A DNA stretch of 64,000 nucleotides from a virus: the IMG/VR virus record IMGVR_UViG_3300033889_000554; one strand, given 5' to 3'. Below are positions 9,406 through 19,900 of this stretch, piece by piece; the stretch's first letter is position 1, and each line of letters begins with the position of its first letter. A program made the position numbers and the translations under genes. The notes under the pieces were generated by a model. That model did no database searches and had not been told where the DNA came from. It saw only the letters and a program-made list of their open reading frames with translations.

Positions 9406-10386
9406 TCATGAATACTTTTCCTTATTTTCGTGGCAATACTTCCGCACTACATCTACCCAGCGTTCATACCAATGCCAGGTTTTTCCCGCCACCAGAGTGC
9501 CGTAGCCTTTGGTGGCATCCTTTGCTTCAAGGGATTGCCAGAGTTGTGTGTGGTAATGGACTGAAAATCCGATATATCCTTCATCTCTCATCAAATCAAC
9601 AACCTGTTTTGGCAGGTACTTTCTCTTTTCAGTTTCCTTGATTACCGCATATTCCTTGTTCACAGCCTCGGCTAAGGGCGAATCGCTCTTAACAAATTCG
9701 ATGACGCGGTCCGCTTGCCCTTTGCGATTGGCTGTTTTGGGAATGAACAATATGCGATAGGCATAATGAGGATTTGAGAACTCTTCGTCTGATAATTCAG
9801 AATCAAAATCCTTAATATACCCTTGGATGTTTGCTGGTAGTCCAGGATGCTCCTCTAGTAGTTCCTTTTGCTCAGTGGAAATCGTCGAAAACTGAAGACT
9901 GAAGGAGAGATGTTTTTCGATACCATTGTCGGCTCCAAACAATTTCTTGATGTACTCGTTATAGTTCAGACCGCACGCCTGAAAACGAGCGCTTAAAATG
10001 TCGTCGATCCGAGTTGTCATCTGATGCTCGATTTCGTGACGCAACCCGATCAGAAAACGCAGGTTATTGGCTGTGTCTTTATCGATAGGCGACTTTGCAT
10101 CATTCAGGCAGCGTTCAAGCTCCCAGTATTTGTATGCACCATACTTTGTTTTATCGAATTCACGCCGTTTGCCGTTCTGCTGGCAATATCGATACTCGAT
10201 TTTTTGATCGCGAAAATAGGCATGGAGAAGATAAGTCCAGGCGATAATCATCAGCACCACATAGGATTCCGACTTGAAGCTTATGTTCGGATTGTTGAAG
10301 ATCTGTACGGCAGCTAGGGCCGCTTCTCGCGACTTTTTGAGCAATTCGCTTTTGATGGAACCGACACGCCGAATCCGTTTGCTCAT
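9406..10386 (-). CDS. DUF3644-like HEPN-type protein
   Basis: LLKKSREAALAAVQIFNNP...AWTYLLHAYF...LRHEIEH (RxxxxH). Start placed at 10386, giving an ATGA overlap with the upstream stop. Confidence 0.75.
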   Translation of the reverse strand: MSKRIRRVGSIKSELLKKSREAALAAVQIFNNPNISFKSESYVVLMIIAWTYLLHAYFRDQKIEYRYCQQNGKRREFDKTKYGAYKYWELERCLNDAKSPIDKDTANNLRFLIGLRHEIEHQMTTRIDDILSARFQACGLNYNEYIKKLFGADNGIEKHLSFSLQFSTISTEQKELLEEHPGLPANIQGYIKDFDSELSDEEFSNPHYAYRILFIPKTANRKGQADRVIEFVKSDSPLAEAVNKEYAVIKETEKRKYLPKQVVDLMRDEGYIGFSVHYHTQLWQSLEAKDATKGYGTLVAGKTWHWYERWVDVVRKYCHENKEKYS

Positions 10387-11678
10387 TGTGCCGTCTCCTG
10401 AATTTTTTGTTGCCACGCCAGCACCACGGCTTTGTTCCCTTTAGCCGCCTCTTGAATGATTGTCGCCAATGCCTCTGTCTCCGCTTTGTGCGTTCCGATA
10501 TAACCGGAACGGATCAAACCAAGCATATCGGCTTCACGAAGATAGGTTCCATCCAAGGCTTTATAGCTGAGACGAACTCCACCCTTCGTGCCTCTGGCCT
10601 CAGGGGCAGCGAGGAGCTGGTTCAGATGATCAAGAGAGACAAGAAACGACTGGTGCGCATCGTCCACGATCTTACGCTTTACAAATTTGAAGAAAAATGG
10701 ATTGCGACTTAGCCTATAATCGCTCAAGAAGCCCTCAAAGTCGGTAAGTCGCATGCGGGCGATTTCATCGCGCAACTGCTGGTCGGGCCGAAACAGCCAA
10801 TCACTGTTGTCATTATCTTGTTTGTCTTCTTCCAGCATCTTGTACTGGATCATAACAATGTTACCCCGGGTTTCGTTTATGTAGATGAGGTCAACACCCA
10901 GCATCTGCTCTAATGGCAGCTTGTTGGCGGTGTAGATCACCAGTTGTTCATCCCGCTTTTGGAAAACGGCCCGTCCTGTCACGTCAGCGGAAATAATATC
11001 GAACCCTGGCAGCCGTGATGCATCTGAATGCACCACGTTATCCTCATAGAGATAAGCTCCGATAAGTCCGAGGCCGGATGATGCGCCTCTTTTCAAGACA
11101 ACCTGATCCGGTATGGCATTGCCCTGAATCCCAAAAGCAGCCATTGCCGACTGAATGGCATCTTCCTGCGCCCAATTGGTGTTCGTTACGCGCCTCAACC
11201 GTGGCAAAAGGGAGAGAACCGTATCCAAGGCAGATTGATTTTCAGAATTTGTCGCCAGAATTTCGACCAAGTGAGCGCTGAGTTTGGGCGAGAGGTTTGT
11301 GATGCCCCCTTCATCAGGCAGGCGTTCACCCAGCAAGCGCTTCATCCGCGAGTCGGAGATCAACGCCTCTATGTCTTGCAGCGATTCAGGTTTCAGGGCA
11401 CGCAGCTTCTTGATGGTTAAACGTGAATCAAATGTGCTCACTGCCGTTTTGCGGGTGGCTGTGGCCAGATAGCACTTGGCTGCATCGCCCTCCTGAATTT
11501 CGAGCAAGCAAAGCGTCGGCAGTTTAATAGCCTGAAGGACGGGGTGAGGCTTTACCATGGTGAGGTGTTCAAATCCCTGCCGAGACTTATGCAGGGATTC
11601 GGAAAACGCTTCATCAAATCGAATCACGATTATGGGTTTCTTCTGGACCCAGTTGGCGATCTTGACGGCTGTACTCAT
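10383..11678 (-). CDS. Uncharacterised protein with C-terminal PD-(D/E)xK-like nuclease motif
   Basis: 431 aa; LEQMLGVDLIY...IVMIQYK resembles a restriction-endonuclease core; 4-bp overlap with pglX. Confidence 0.6.
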   Translation of the reverse strand: MSTAVKIANWVQKKPIIVIRFDEAFSESLHKSRQGFEHLTMVKPHPVLQAIKLPTLCLLEIQEGDAAKCYLATATRKTAVSTFDSRLTIKKLRALKPESLQDIEALISDSRMKRLLGERLPDEGGITNLSPKLSAHLVEILATNSENQSALDTVLSLLPRLRRVTNTNWAQEDAIQSAMAAFGIQGNAIPDQVVLKRGASSGLGLIGAYLYEDNVVHSDASRLPGFDIISADVTGRAVFQKRDEQLVIYTANKLPLEQMLGVDLIYINETRGNIVMIQYKMLEEDKQDNDNSDWLFRPDQQLRDEIARMRLTDFEGFLSDYRLSRNPFFFKFVKRKIVDDAHQSFLVSLDHLNQLLAAPEARGTKGGVRLSYKALDGTYLREADMLGLIRSGYIGTHKAETEALATIIQEAAKGNKAVVLAWQQKIQETAQ

Positions 11679-14600
11679 TCGGCGGCCTCCCGTGCGTTGC
11701 GTTTTTCGGCCAGGGTCAGATGGTGGTCGTTGATGCGGTCGCCGTTAAATATGTGATACCAGGGGGCGGATTCTACGTCCTTGCCCCGGTCCTTGTTCCA
11801 GTTGATGTTGGGTTTGTCGCGCAGGACGCCTGCGCCTTTCTTGCCGACATCGGGTACGGTGAGGAACGGTCGGATGTTAAGGCGCACGCCATCGTTGAGA
11901 TCCGGGTTCCAGCCTATGGGCTGTTTCGAAAGCGGTTTCCAGCGGACGAAGATGTCGTAGGGCGCCTCGCCTTCGAGGATCAGCTCCAGCTTTTTCTTGA
12001 GGTCTTCGGCTGCGGCGAGGCGCTCCTGGGCCCCATCCACACAACTGGCAATGTCCTGCTTTTGGCGGCTGATCCAGTCGCCCAGGTAGGTGTAGATGAG
12101 GGTCTCAAGCAGCTTGGCGTCGAGCTTGTGGTAATTGCCCAGGGCGGCAAAGCCGTCACGCAGGCCATCCCAGATGTGCCAGATGAAGGGCCGATGCTGG
12201 AACAGCTTGCAGTGCTGGGTGAAGAACTTCTCCCGCAGCCAGGTCTCCAGAGTCTTACCCGCTTGATCGACGCTTTTCAGCAGCCCGGCCAGAATGTCAC
12301 TGGACCAGGCATCACCATAGGCAGAAGCCAGCAGGTTCAGCAGGCGGTCAGCCGCCGAGGCCTCGCCCCGTACCGGCGGGATGCAGACGATGCCGTCATC
12401 ATCGGCATAGGGCAGTAAGACTTCACAGCGATTCACCCATTCACGTTGCTCATCGGCCAGTTCCATGCCGGCATCCAACTCGGCGGGCCAGCGGTAGCCG
12501 AGGAGGCGGGCGACGGCGACGTGCAGCACGTTGTCATCGGTGCGCAACGGGCCGTGAGTGGTCCACTTTTTCTCTTCATCCCATATTACCGTACCACAAG
12601 GATGGCCGTGGAAGATCCATTGGGTGGGACTATTAGAGAAAGAGGATGGGAGACCATGGGGGAATTCCTCACCAGCAGCCTCACGCCAATTCCCCAAGTT
12701 CAATTTAAGCTGTAATAGTGTCTTAGGTGATTTCAGGTTCCATGTCGGATTGATTTGCTTTAAGTCCTTCTTGAGAATACCGCTCTGTGAGTATGCTACA
12801 AGAGCAGCAACATCATCCTGATCATTGGGGACGATTGCAAAACAGCTTCCATCATATTTTTCACCCGAATAAATCGTTGTTATTGCACCGATTTGATTTA
12901 CCACCACGCCCCACTTGCCCCAGAGTGGTTTACCCCGCCTCCAATTTTGTGCGGCGTGGTTTAAGTGCTTTACCGATTCGGCAAGCTCCGCCATCTCGCC
13001 TGCTTCTTGCTCCCAACGAATGATTTTGTCTCTTCCCAAAAATAGTTGGGCGCTAGTCGCCGAGCTCTGTAGGCAATCCCAAATCGTCCCAAATCTATCA
13101 ACTTCCCAGAAAACAGCTTCAAATCTGGCACCATCACCTGCTGACATTCCATTCCTTGCATCACAAAACTTCAAGACTTCTATTTCTTCATCATCGCTAT
13201 CCGTGTATGAGTTAACAAGGAAACGGCAATCGACTTGTTCTTCCCATTCCTTCTGGAGTGTAACGTCCATATCTGATCGAATGAGTCCGGATGGTTTTTC
13301 AGGAAGAAGCAGGCTCGATACATCGATGGATGCTGTTCGTACATTTGAACGACCGAGTGATGATATTATTAAAACCGGGTTGGCTCTAATTCCGGTAATA
13401 AAGCTATTAAACCCTAGCCTCGCCAATGCATGGATGCTGCTTGCCTTTAGCAATTTTTCACGAAACTTTCTATTTGATCTTACAAAGGTCCACTCACCGG
13501 GAAGCACAAGCATAGCTGTTCCGTTGTTCGCGAGTAGTACCTGTATTCTTTCGAACATGCATAGTGCTAGTTCTCTCTTCGCGAACGGAAAGGTTTTCTT
13601 AATGTATCCTTCAAGTTTTGAATCTTGTCGTTCAAGGCCGAGGAATGGCGGATTAGTAAATACACAGTGAAATTTATCTGTGAGCAGTTTGGCTGCTTGG
13701 CTAAGACCGTGGGCTACAACTTCCATTTCTGCTCTTTCGTCGTCCTTTTCTCCTATCAATGCCTTAGTCAAAAGCGGTCCAACTTCATCGCATTTCAGTT
13801 CGAACAGCGAGCCTTTGCCTATACTTTCTTCTGGATTGATCAGACTGCCAAGCACTGGTGCGTCTTTGAATTGGTTATAAAGTTCTTCGAGTGCGAGCCG
13901 TAGATTGGTGTTTTCCCCAGCGAGTGCTAACCATTTTTCCTTTTTGGCGCTGACCGACAAGCCAGAGCAGGCCACATTCAATTCCGGCAACACGCGGTAG
14001 CCGCCAGCGTTCGGATATTTCCACGCGGTCAGCGCTAGAGCGAAGGCAGCCAATTCCACGCAACGTTGATCCAGTTCCAGACCATGGATATTTTCCCGCA
14101 GCACCGCGTCCACCGCTTCTTTTGCGGAAAGCCCCTCCAGCTTCATCCTCATTGACACCAGCATCAGGAAGGCCGCCACCAGAAAGTGGCCGGAGCCGCA
14201 GCAAGGGTCAAGTGTCTTCAGGTCGGCGAGCTGTTCCGGCCAGCCATCAAAGGTTCCGGCCGCCGGTGTCCATTTTTTGTTACCTTCTGGGTCTTCCACC
14301 TGTACGAAACGCAGATACTCCAGTGGCACGCCGGGGATGGCCGCTTTCCGGCGCAGTTCCTCTTCGCTGCCGGCGTTTTTGAGGTCATCGTCGGAAAGAC
14401 ACCTTGCCGCCCACCAAGCTCCCAAGGAGTTGTCGAGCAGGAAGCTGACCATGTAGGGTTCGGTAAAGAGCTGGGTCACGGCGGGCAGTTCCCGTGCACC
14501 AATCTTGACCTCGGAGGCGTTGATTTCGTCCTTCTTCTTGGCCTGCCAGAATTGATAGACCCAGCCGAGGCTGTCGGAGGCGGTAAACACCTCCAGCGTC

Positions 14601-15118
14601 AGGTCGGCCACCAGGCGCTCCAGCTTTTGCTGGTACTCCGGTGGTAAAACCAGTTGAAACACTGGAGAATCGAGCCGGAAGATCTGCGGCAACATGCGGG
14701 CGGCAAAACGGGAGGCCAGTTCCCAGCCGTTGGCCGCGCCTTCATCGGCGGCGAGGTCCTCGCACTCTTCAAGGGTGACCGCCACCGGATCGTCCGGGTC
14801 CGGATACATCAGCAGGTTATTCTCGGCAAGAAAACGGGCAAACAACATGCGGTGCCAGTGCTCGTAGGCAACCTCTTCGATCAGGCGGTCAATCTCCTGA
14901 ACCTCAGTCTTGGCGTGGCGCAGGTCGCCCAGTTGCCGTCCGTGAACCCGGAGTCTGCGGCGCAGCTCCCGGTCCTGTTCGCTCAAGTGGGCAAAGGGCG
15001 CGGCTTCACCCACACCGAGTTGTTCCAGCGCAGCACGAGCAGCTTCCTCCGCCAGACAGCGGGCTTTCCTTATGGTACGCTCAAGTTGATTGCGATACGT
15101 CTTATCCAGCGAAGGCAT
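11675..15118 (-). CDS. pglX: BREX adenine methyltransferase PglX
   Basis: VTQLFTEPYMV, LDPCCGSGHF (motif I), TNPPF (motif IV), C-terminal HRPFIWH and DLNDGVRLN. Confidence 0.92.
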   Translation of the reverse strand: MPSLDKTYRNQLERTIRKARCLAEEAARAALEQLGVGEAAPFAHLSEQDRELRRRLRVHGRQLGDLRHAKTEVQEIDRLIEEVAYEHWHRMLFARFLAENNLLMYPDPDDPVAVTLEECEDLAADEGAANGWELASRFAARMLPQIFRLDSPVFQLVLPPEYQQKLERLVADLTLEVFTASDSLGWVYQFWQAKKKDEINASEVKIGARELPAVTQLFTEPYMVSFLLDNSLGAWWAARCLSDDDLKNAGSEEELRRKAAIPGVPLEYLRFVQVEDPEGNKKWTPAAGTFDGWPEQLADLKTLDPCCGSGHFLVAAFLMLVSMRMKLEGLSAKEAVDAVLRENIHGLELDQRCVELAAFALALTAWKYPNAGGYRVLPELNVACSGLSVSAKKEKWLALAGENTNLRLALEELYNQFKDAPVLGSLINPEESIGKGSLFELKCDEVGPLLTKALIGEKDDERAEMEVVAHGLSQAAKLLTDKFHCVFTNPPFLGLERQDSKLEGYIKKTFPFAKRELALCMFERIQVLLANNGTAMLVLPGEWTFVRSNRKFREKLLKASSIHALARLGFNSFITGIRANPVLIISSLGRSNVRTASIDVSSLLLPEKPSGLIRSDMDVTLQKEWEEQVDCRFLVNSYTDSDDEEIEVLKFCDARNGMSAGDGARFEAVFWEVDRFGTIWDCLQSSATSAQLFLGRDKIIRWEQEAGEMAELAESVKHLNHAAQNWRRGKPLWGKWGVVVNQIGAITTIYSGEKYDGSCFAIVPNDQDDVAALVAYSQSGILKKDLKQINPTWNLKSPKTLLQLKLNLGNWREAAGEEFPHGLPSSFSNSPTQWIFHGHPCGTVIWDEEKKWTTHGPLRTDDNVLHVAVARLLGYRWPAELDAGMELADEQREWVNRCEVLLPYADDDGIVCIPPVRGEASAADRLLNLLASAYGDAWSSDILAGLLKSVDQAGKTLETWLREKFFTQHCKLFQHRPFIWHIWDGLRDGFAALGNYHKLDAKLLETLIYTYLGDWISRQKQDIASCVDGAQERLAAAEDLKKKLELILEGEAPYDIFVRWKPLSKQPIGWNPDLNDGVRLNIRPFLTVPDVGKKGAGVLRDKPNINWNKDRGKDVESAPWYHIFNGDRINDHHLTLAEKRNAREAAE

Positions 15119-15220
15119 CCACTTTTTCCCTTCTTGAATAATTCAAACATGTTATACTGATTGAACGTTGAGTATCCCAAGCCAGACTATGTGCGCGAAA
15201 TGCTCGCCGCGTATTAAAGT

Positions 15221-15269
15221 GAGCATTAAATGCAATGTAACGCTCGTTTAATGCTGTATCAGCATTAAA
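15221..15269. promoter_or_regulatory. Palindrome/operator-like repeats between the Schlafen-domain gene and pglX
   Basis: TTTAATGCTG-TAT-CAGCATTAAA (15247-15269) plus a third AGCATTAAA at 15222-15230. Confidence 0.4.
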
Positions 15270-15273
15270 AGGT

Positions 15274-16983
15274 TCATTCCTCAACATATACATACCTGGC
15301 ATGCTTTCCCTTTCCGGGGGCTTTAATGTGAGGATTTTCCCCTCTTAACTGAACCATAAGCCGAAAAACCTGGTTGCGATTGTAATGCGTGATTTGTCTG
15401 ATCTCTTCATTACTCAAACCTGGTTCACTTCTGCGGCCTCTTTCCATGAGGATACTGAGCACCCTAGTTTTGGCTGCTTCCCAATCGATACGCCTGCGTT
15501 CAGGATGTTCTCCCTCCACTAGCCGTTTATGTAGGGTGGAAGACATTGTCCAGTAGGTTCCTTTCCCAGTTCCACCGCGTTCAATATAACCGTTGCGTTC
15601 CATGTCGGAGAGGACATCGCGCATGTAGGCCTCCTGCCGTTGGCAGAGCTTACATGCCAGGTTGGTATCCATCTCGGAATGCTTGAGCAAATACTGGAGG
15701 ATCAGTAGTTTATCGACACCCAGATCATGACCCTTTTGGTTCTCCTCAGCGGCAAAGATGCGGAAGGCCTGGGAAAAATCACGCCTCAGAAAGGTGACCG
15801 TGACGGATTCGCCAATCTCGCGTATAACCGGTGGCTCTTTCCCCTCAATGAGCATGGCCTCATACATTCGGCCGATGCCCAGATTACTGCGATTGACCAA
15901 GCGTAAGCGGGTCAGAGCATCCACCAGCAAGGGATTCCGTGCCGCCGGCTGGTGATGGAGGATGTTTTCAGGGGTGATCCCGGCGATGAAACCGCCATTA
16001 TTACTGATCTCGATCCGGTCCGGGTAGTGCTTGACCATGACCGGCCCGGGAATGCGCAGGTCAGTGTGACAGAAAGCATTGAGCAAGGCTTCACGTATGG
16101 CAACTTCCGGATATGTGCGGTATTCGAAATGGAACAACCCCTGTTCCAAGGTGGTGATTGGATTATCGCTATTAATCAGTTCTTCCATCCGGGCCAGAGC
16201 AACAGGAATGGCCGAGCGACCGTCCACCCGATTCGCATAGCGGGTATCGGATTCCATCTTGAGCCAAGTCCAGCCATAGCCGGAGAGATTATCTCGCAGG
16301 GCATCTTCTTTCCCGGCAATGAGCAACCCGGCACGGGTCAACAAATTATTTTTATAGAGCCCGAGGGTTGCAAGCAGATCACGATCAGTCATCCGCAAGA
16401 GATCATCTGGTGCGCGTTCTTTCTGGGCCAGCGAGCGAAGTTTTTCCAGGGCTGAGGGTGAAAGCGGCTCTTCAGAGGCAACCGGCAGAGTTTCGGCTGT
16501 ATAGTCGGTCTCCCCCGTTTCCACACTGATCTTACGCCGGATAGTGCCGGTCAGTGGCTGACAGTCCTTACCAACGCGCACGGTTCCCTTGCCGGCAGTG
16601 TCCGTATAGGGTGGCAGGCCTGGATATACCTGCATGATAAGCAGGCGACCGGTCCCTTCCGGTACTCGCAGATCTTCAAAAACCGGGGTGATTTTGGGGT
16701 CTGTCTGATCGTAGACCGCTTTTTTTAAGCGGTTGACATCGATTTCAAGCGGTATGCCAAGGATGGCCTGTTGTCGTCCGAGTATTCGTTCTTTTACACC
16801 GAATACGACAGTCCCTCCGCCGCCGTTTGCCATGCAGATGGCCATTTTAACCACCAGATCTATGGCATCGGACAGACTGCGCTCATTCCAATGCTTGAAA
16901 TCCAAATCCTGATCTTCCAGCTCGTCGGCAATTTGCTGATCCAGTTCCGGAAGGAGTTCAAGAATCTGCTTCGCTGTCCGCAT
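15274..16983 (-). CDS. Schlafen/AlbA_2 + HATPase_c_4 + wHTH protein
   Basis: EDQDLDFK and MANGGGGTVVFGV (AlbA_2); YPEVAIREALLNAFCH...RNPLL (HATPase_c_4); C-terminal wHTH-like segments. Confidence 0.82.
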   Translation of the reverse strand: MRTAKQILELLPELDQQIADELEDQDLDFKHWNERSLSDAIDLVVKMAICMANGGGGTVVFGVKERILGRQQAILGIPLEIDVNRLKKAVYDQTDPKITPVFEDLRVPEGTGRLLIMQVYPGLPPYTDTAGKGTVRVGKDCQPLTGTIRRKISVETGETDYTAETLPVASEEPLSPSALEKLRSLAQKERAPDDLLRMTDRDLLATLGLYKNNLLTRAGLLIAGKEDALRDNLSGYGWTWLKMESDTRYANRVDGRSAIPVALARMEELINSDNPITTLEQGLFHFEYRTYPEVAIREALLNAFCHTDLRIPGPVMVKHYPDRIEISNNGGFIAGITPENILHHQPAARNPLLVDALTRLRLVNRSNLGIGRMYEAMLIEGKEPPVIREIGESVTVTFLRRDFSQAFRIFAAEENQKGHDLGVDKLLILQYLLKHSEMDTNLACKLCQRQEAYMRDVLSDMERNGYIERGGTGKGTYWTMSSTLHKRLVEGEHPERRRIDWEAAKTRVLSILMERGRRSEPGLSNEEIRQITHYNRNQVFRLMVQLRGENPHIKAPGKGKHARYVYVEE

Positions 16984-16998
16984 CGTTTGTAGCCTCCT

Positions 16999-19900
16999 TT
17001 AACATATAACCACAGGTCCTTGTTTGAGAGCGGCCTTGAGTTGTGCTTTCATTTCTTCACCCCAGGCATCGATTTCATCCTCTGTTTTCAATGTACGCCT
17101 TGGCACCTGTACCAATATGGCTTCGGGTTCACACATTTTTGCGGCAGTGGTACTCACATTGTCGAAGCGAGCTGGCATGGCCGCCACGCGGTCGGCAAAC
17201 ATTGATAAGGCGCAGTTGTCCAAGGTGCTCAGCACATCGCTCGTCGATTGAACCTTCACCTTGGGTCGGGCGGATTCGTGCAGGCACTGGGTAGACATAA
17301 GCTGGTAACGCTGCTCGGGCTCCAGTTGCTGCCAGTTTGGGTCTTCCTTAAGGCGTTCCATACCCTGGTGATGACGTAACTCGTATTCCTGATCCAAACG
17401 ATTCAACTCTTCCCTCAACAATTGTGTGAGGTTGGCTATCAGTGGCGCGACTAGATCGGGCTCCTCGAGAAGCTGACACTGTTGCTCGATTGTCTGCACC
17501 TGGGCCATGATCACCTCGGCATCCGGCACCTCGGAAGCGTGGACCATCAGGCGCTTCAGTATGGTCCAGTTCGGCCAGCGCTTGGTAATGCGCTCGGCAA
17601 GATTGGACCAATTGTCAATGCTGCTTCCGAGTTCATCGCGCCGGTTGTAGAGCGCAAGCAGTTGCTCATTGCCCCCCGTGAGCCGAATTTCGTCAAGGAA
17701 TGTGGTATCTGGCCACGCCGGTTGTGGAGCCTCTCCGCCAGCCTTGTCGGCGAGCTCCTGCATTTTTTGCAGAAACTGCGGCACATAGGCCAATTCCTCA
17801 CCCTGTTTAGCCGATAGACCGACCTTCTGCATCAATTTGCGGATCTGGATGCGTTGCGCGGTGGTGATGGTGGCGGATTCAACCTTGAACATCACCTTGC
17901 CGATGGTTTTGCGCTCCAGCTCCTTCGGGTCGAGGATTTGCCCGCGCTCGTCTTGAGCCCGGATCAACCCGGCCACCAACAGCACTTGCAGGCCGCCATC
18001 CACAGCGTCACGCGACCACCCATATTGTGACGACTCAAACTGGGTGCGGATATCTGCACCTTTCTTGCCACCGGCAATGAAGCCAAGAATCGCTTTACAC
18101 ACCGGGTTCTTGGCGGGTTCGCCCTCATCACCTACGGCTTTGAGCGCATCGGGAGCGCCTTTCTGTGCTTTTTCATAGACCTTGGGCCAACCCACATGGT
18201 CGGCAGTATGGAATTGCGGGTAGAGGCGTTGCAGCGCGTTACCGGAAGCCTCGAGCACCATCTCCTGCAGATCGTTGCCGAGAATTTCGTTGCCTCCGCC
18301 CTGAAAAACGCGGGCCCCCGAGAATGCTTCTTCAAATAGTTCACGAATCTTGCCTTCAGCCGTCTGTTTGGTGGTCTCCATGGCTGCCCGGGCTTCGGTG
18401 CCTTCCGGTGTGTTGGAAACGCCGCGCTTATCCAACGTGGCGCTGGCGGCCTTATAGTCGATAAGATGATGGCGAAGGTCATCGGCGGAGCGCTTGGGTA
18501 TGAATACAAAAACGGTCGGGGATTTGTTTCCTGCCTGTCGGGAATCGGCTCGCACCGAGTTCTCATCGATGCTCCATCCGTCACGAACCCAGACGCAAAT
18601 GCGCTGATCGGCGTCACTGGGAAGTTGGGCATCAAAAACAGGATAGATGTCACGGTTAACTTTCGAGCTGCCCTGGGTCAGGGAGAGCTTGCGGACTATT
18701 TCACCGAATTTTTTGCGGATGCGGTCGTCGCGTTCGGCCTCGATACGGTGAGCCTCGTTGGACAATACGGATCTCTGGCTCAAGAACTCATCATTCCAGG
18801 CCGCGCTCTCTTCGGTCTGAATTCGGTATTCATCACCGACTTGCATGAGCAATTCACACTTGTCGAGCAGGCTGGGTAATTTACTGCGTAAGCTGCTGCT
18901 ACCGAAAGAAAGATTTTCGACCAGCAAATCCGCAACGTTGTCAATGGTGGCTCGAATACCGATTTCGCTGTTTTGGCTGCCGAGCTTGTTGATAAGAAAG
19001 ACCAGGCCACAGGCGCGGGCCATGAGCCGCTCTTCGTCCGTACCCTTGTTCCAACTCATCGTCTTTTCGTGAACCTTGCGCGGCAGGATTCGGCTCTGAA
19101 GCAACTTGTCGGCAGAATCAAAGTAGAGATAGTCAGCCGGAACCACATGCCCCAAAGGTTCGTTCAGATTTGTCTGTATGACTTTATGTACCATGCTAAG
19201 CTGATTACGAAGCTGACTGTCGGTACCTGTCTGATCCAGCACCCGAAGAGTATTTTCCCAGAAGCGGCGCCGTACCGGTAGAATCGGATAATCCTGCAAA
19301 AAACAAGAGATATCGTCCTGTCTGTGGCCGACGGTGGTGCCTGCCAAATGCCTGGAGATCTCTCCCAGGTTGGTTTGCATGATCTGTTCAATAGGCTTTT
19401 TTGCTTCAGGCTTTTTAGCCAGAATGACCTGACGAATGACGGCATCAACGTCGGTATCTGAAAGTTCCACGCGAATGGTGAAACGTCCTTCCAGTTTTTT
19501 AAGGTTACTGGTACCTGTAACAGCGGTCTGGCCCGTACCGATAAACAGTAACTTGCCGCCAATGTTCTTGCAGCATGATTCCACTGCTTCCTGGACATCC
19601 ATGGAGCGCTGACTGTCTTCGCCGATGTACTGTTGAACCTCGTCGAGCACAATAAGCGTCAGGGGGAATTTCCCATCCCTCGTCAGCGCCTGTCGAATCG
19701 CTTTAAGCATGTCATCGCTCGAAACGTCTTGAACGTAGGGATAGAGGTTGTTCAGGGTTTCAACGCAGGATGCAGCAGAAGAAAAGAGCTTAGGTTTGAC
19801 TTGGATCAGAGCATCATGGAGTCCTTCCGCTACATAGAAATTGTCCAACTCTTCGTTCCAGTCAAAGCTGTTTTGCTCAACGTGGGCGCGGACCTGGTCA

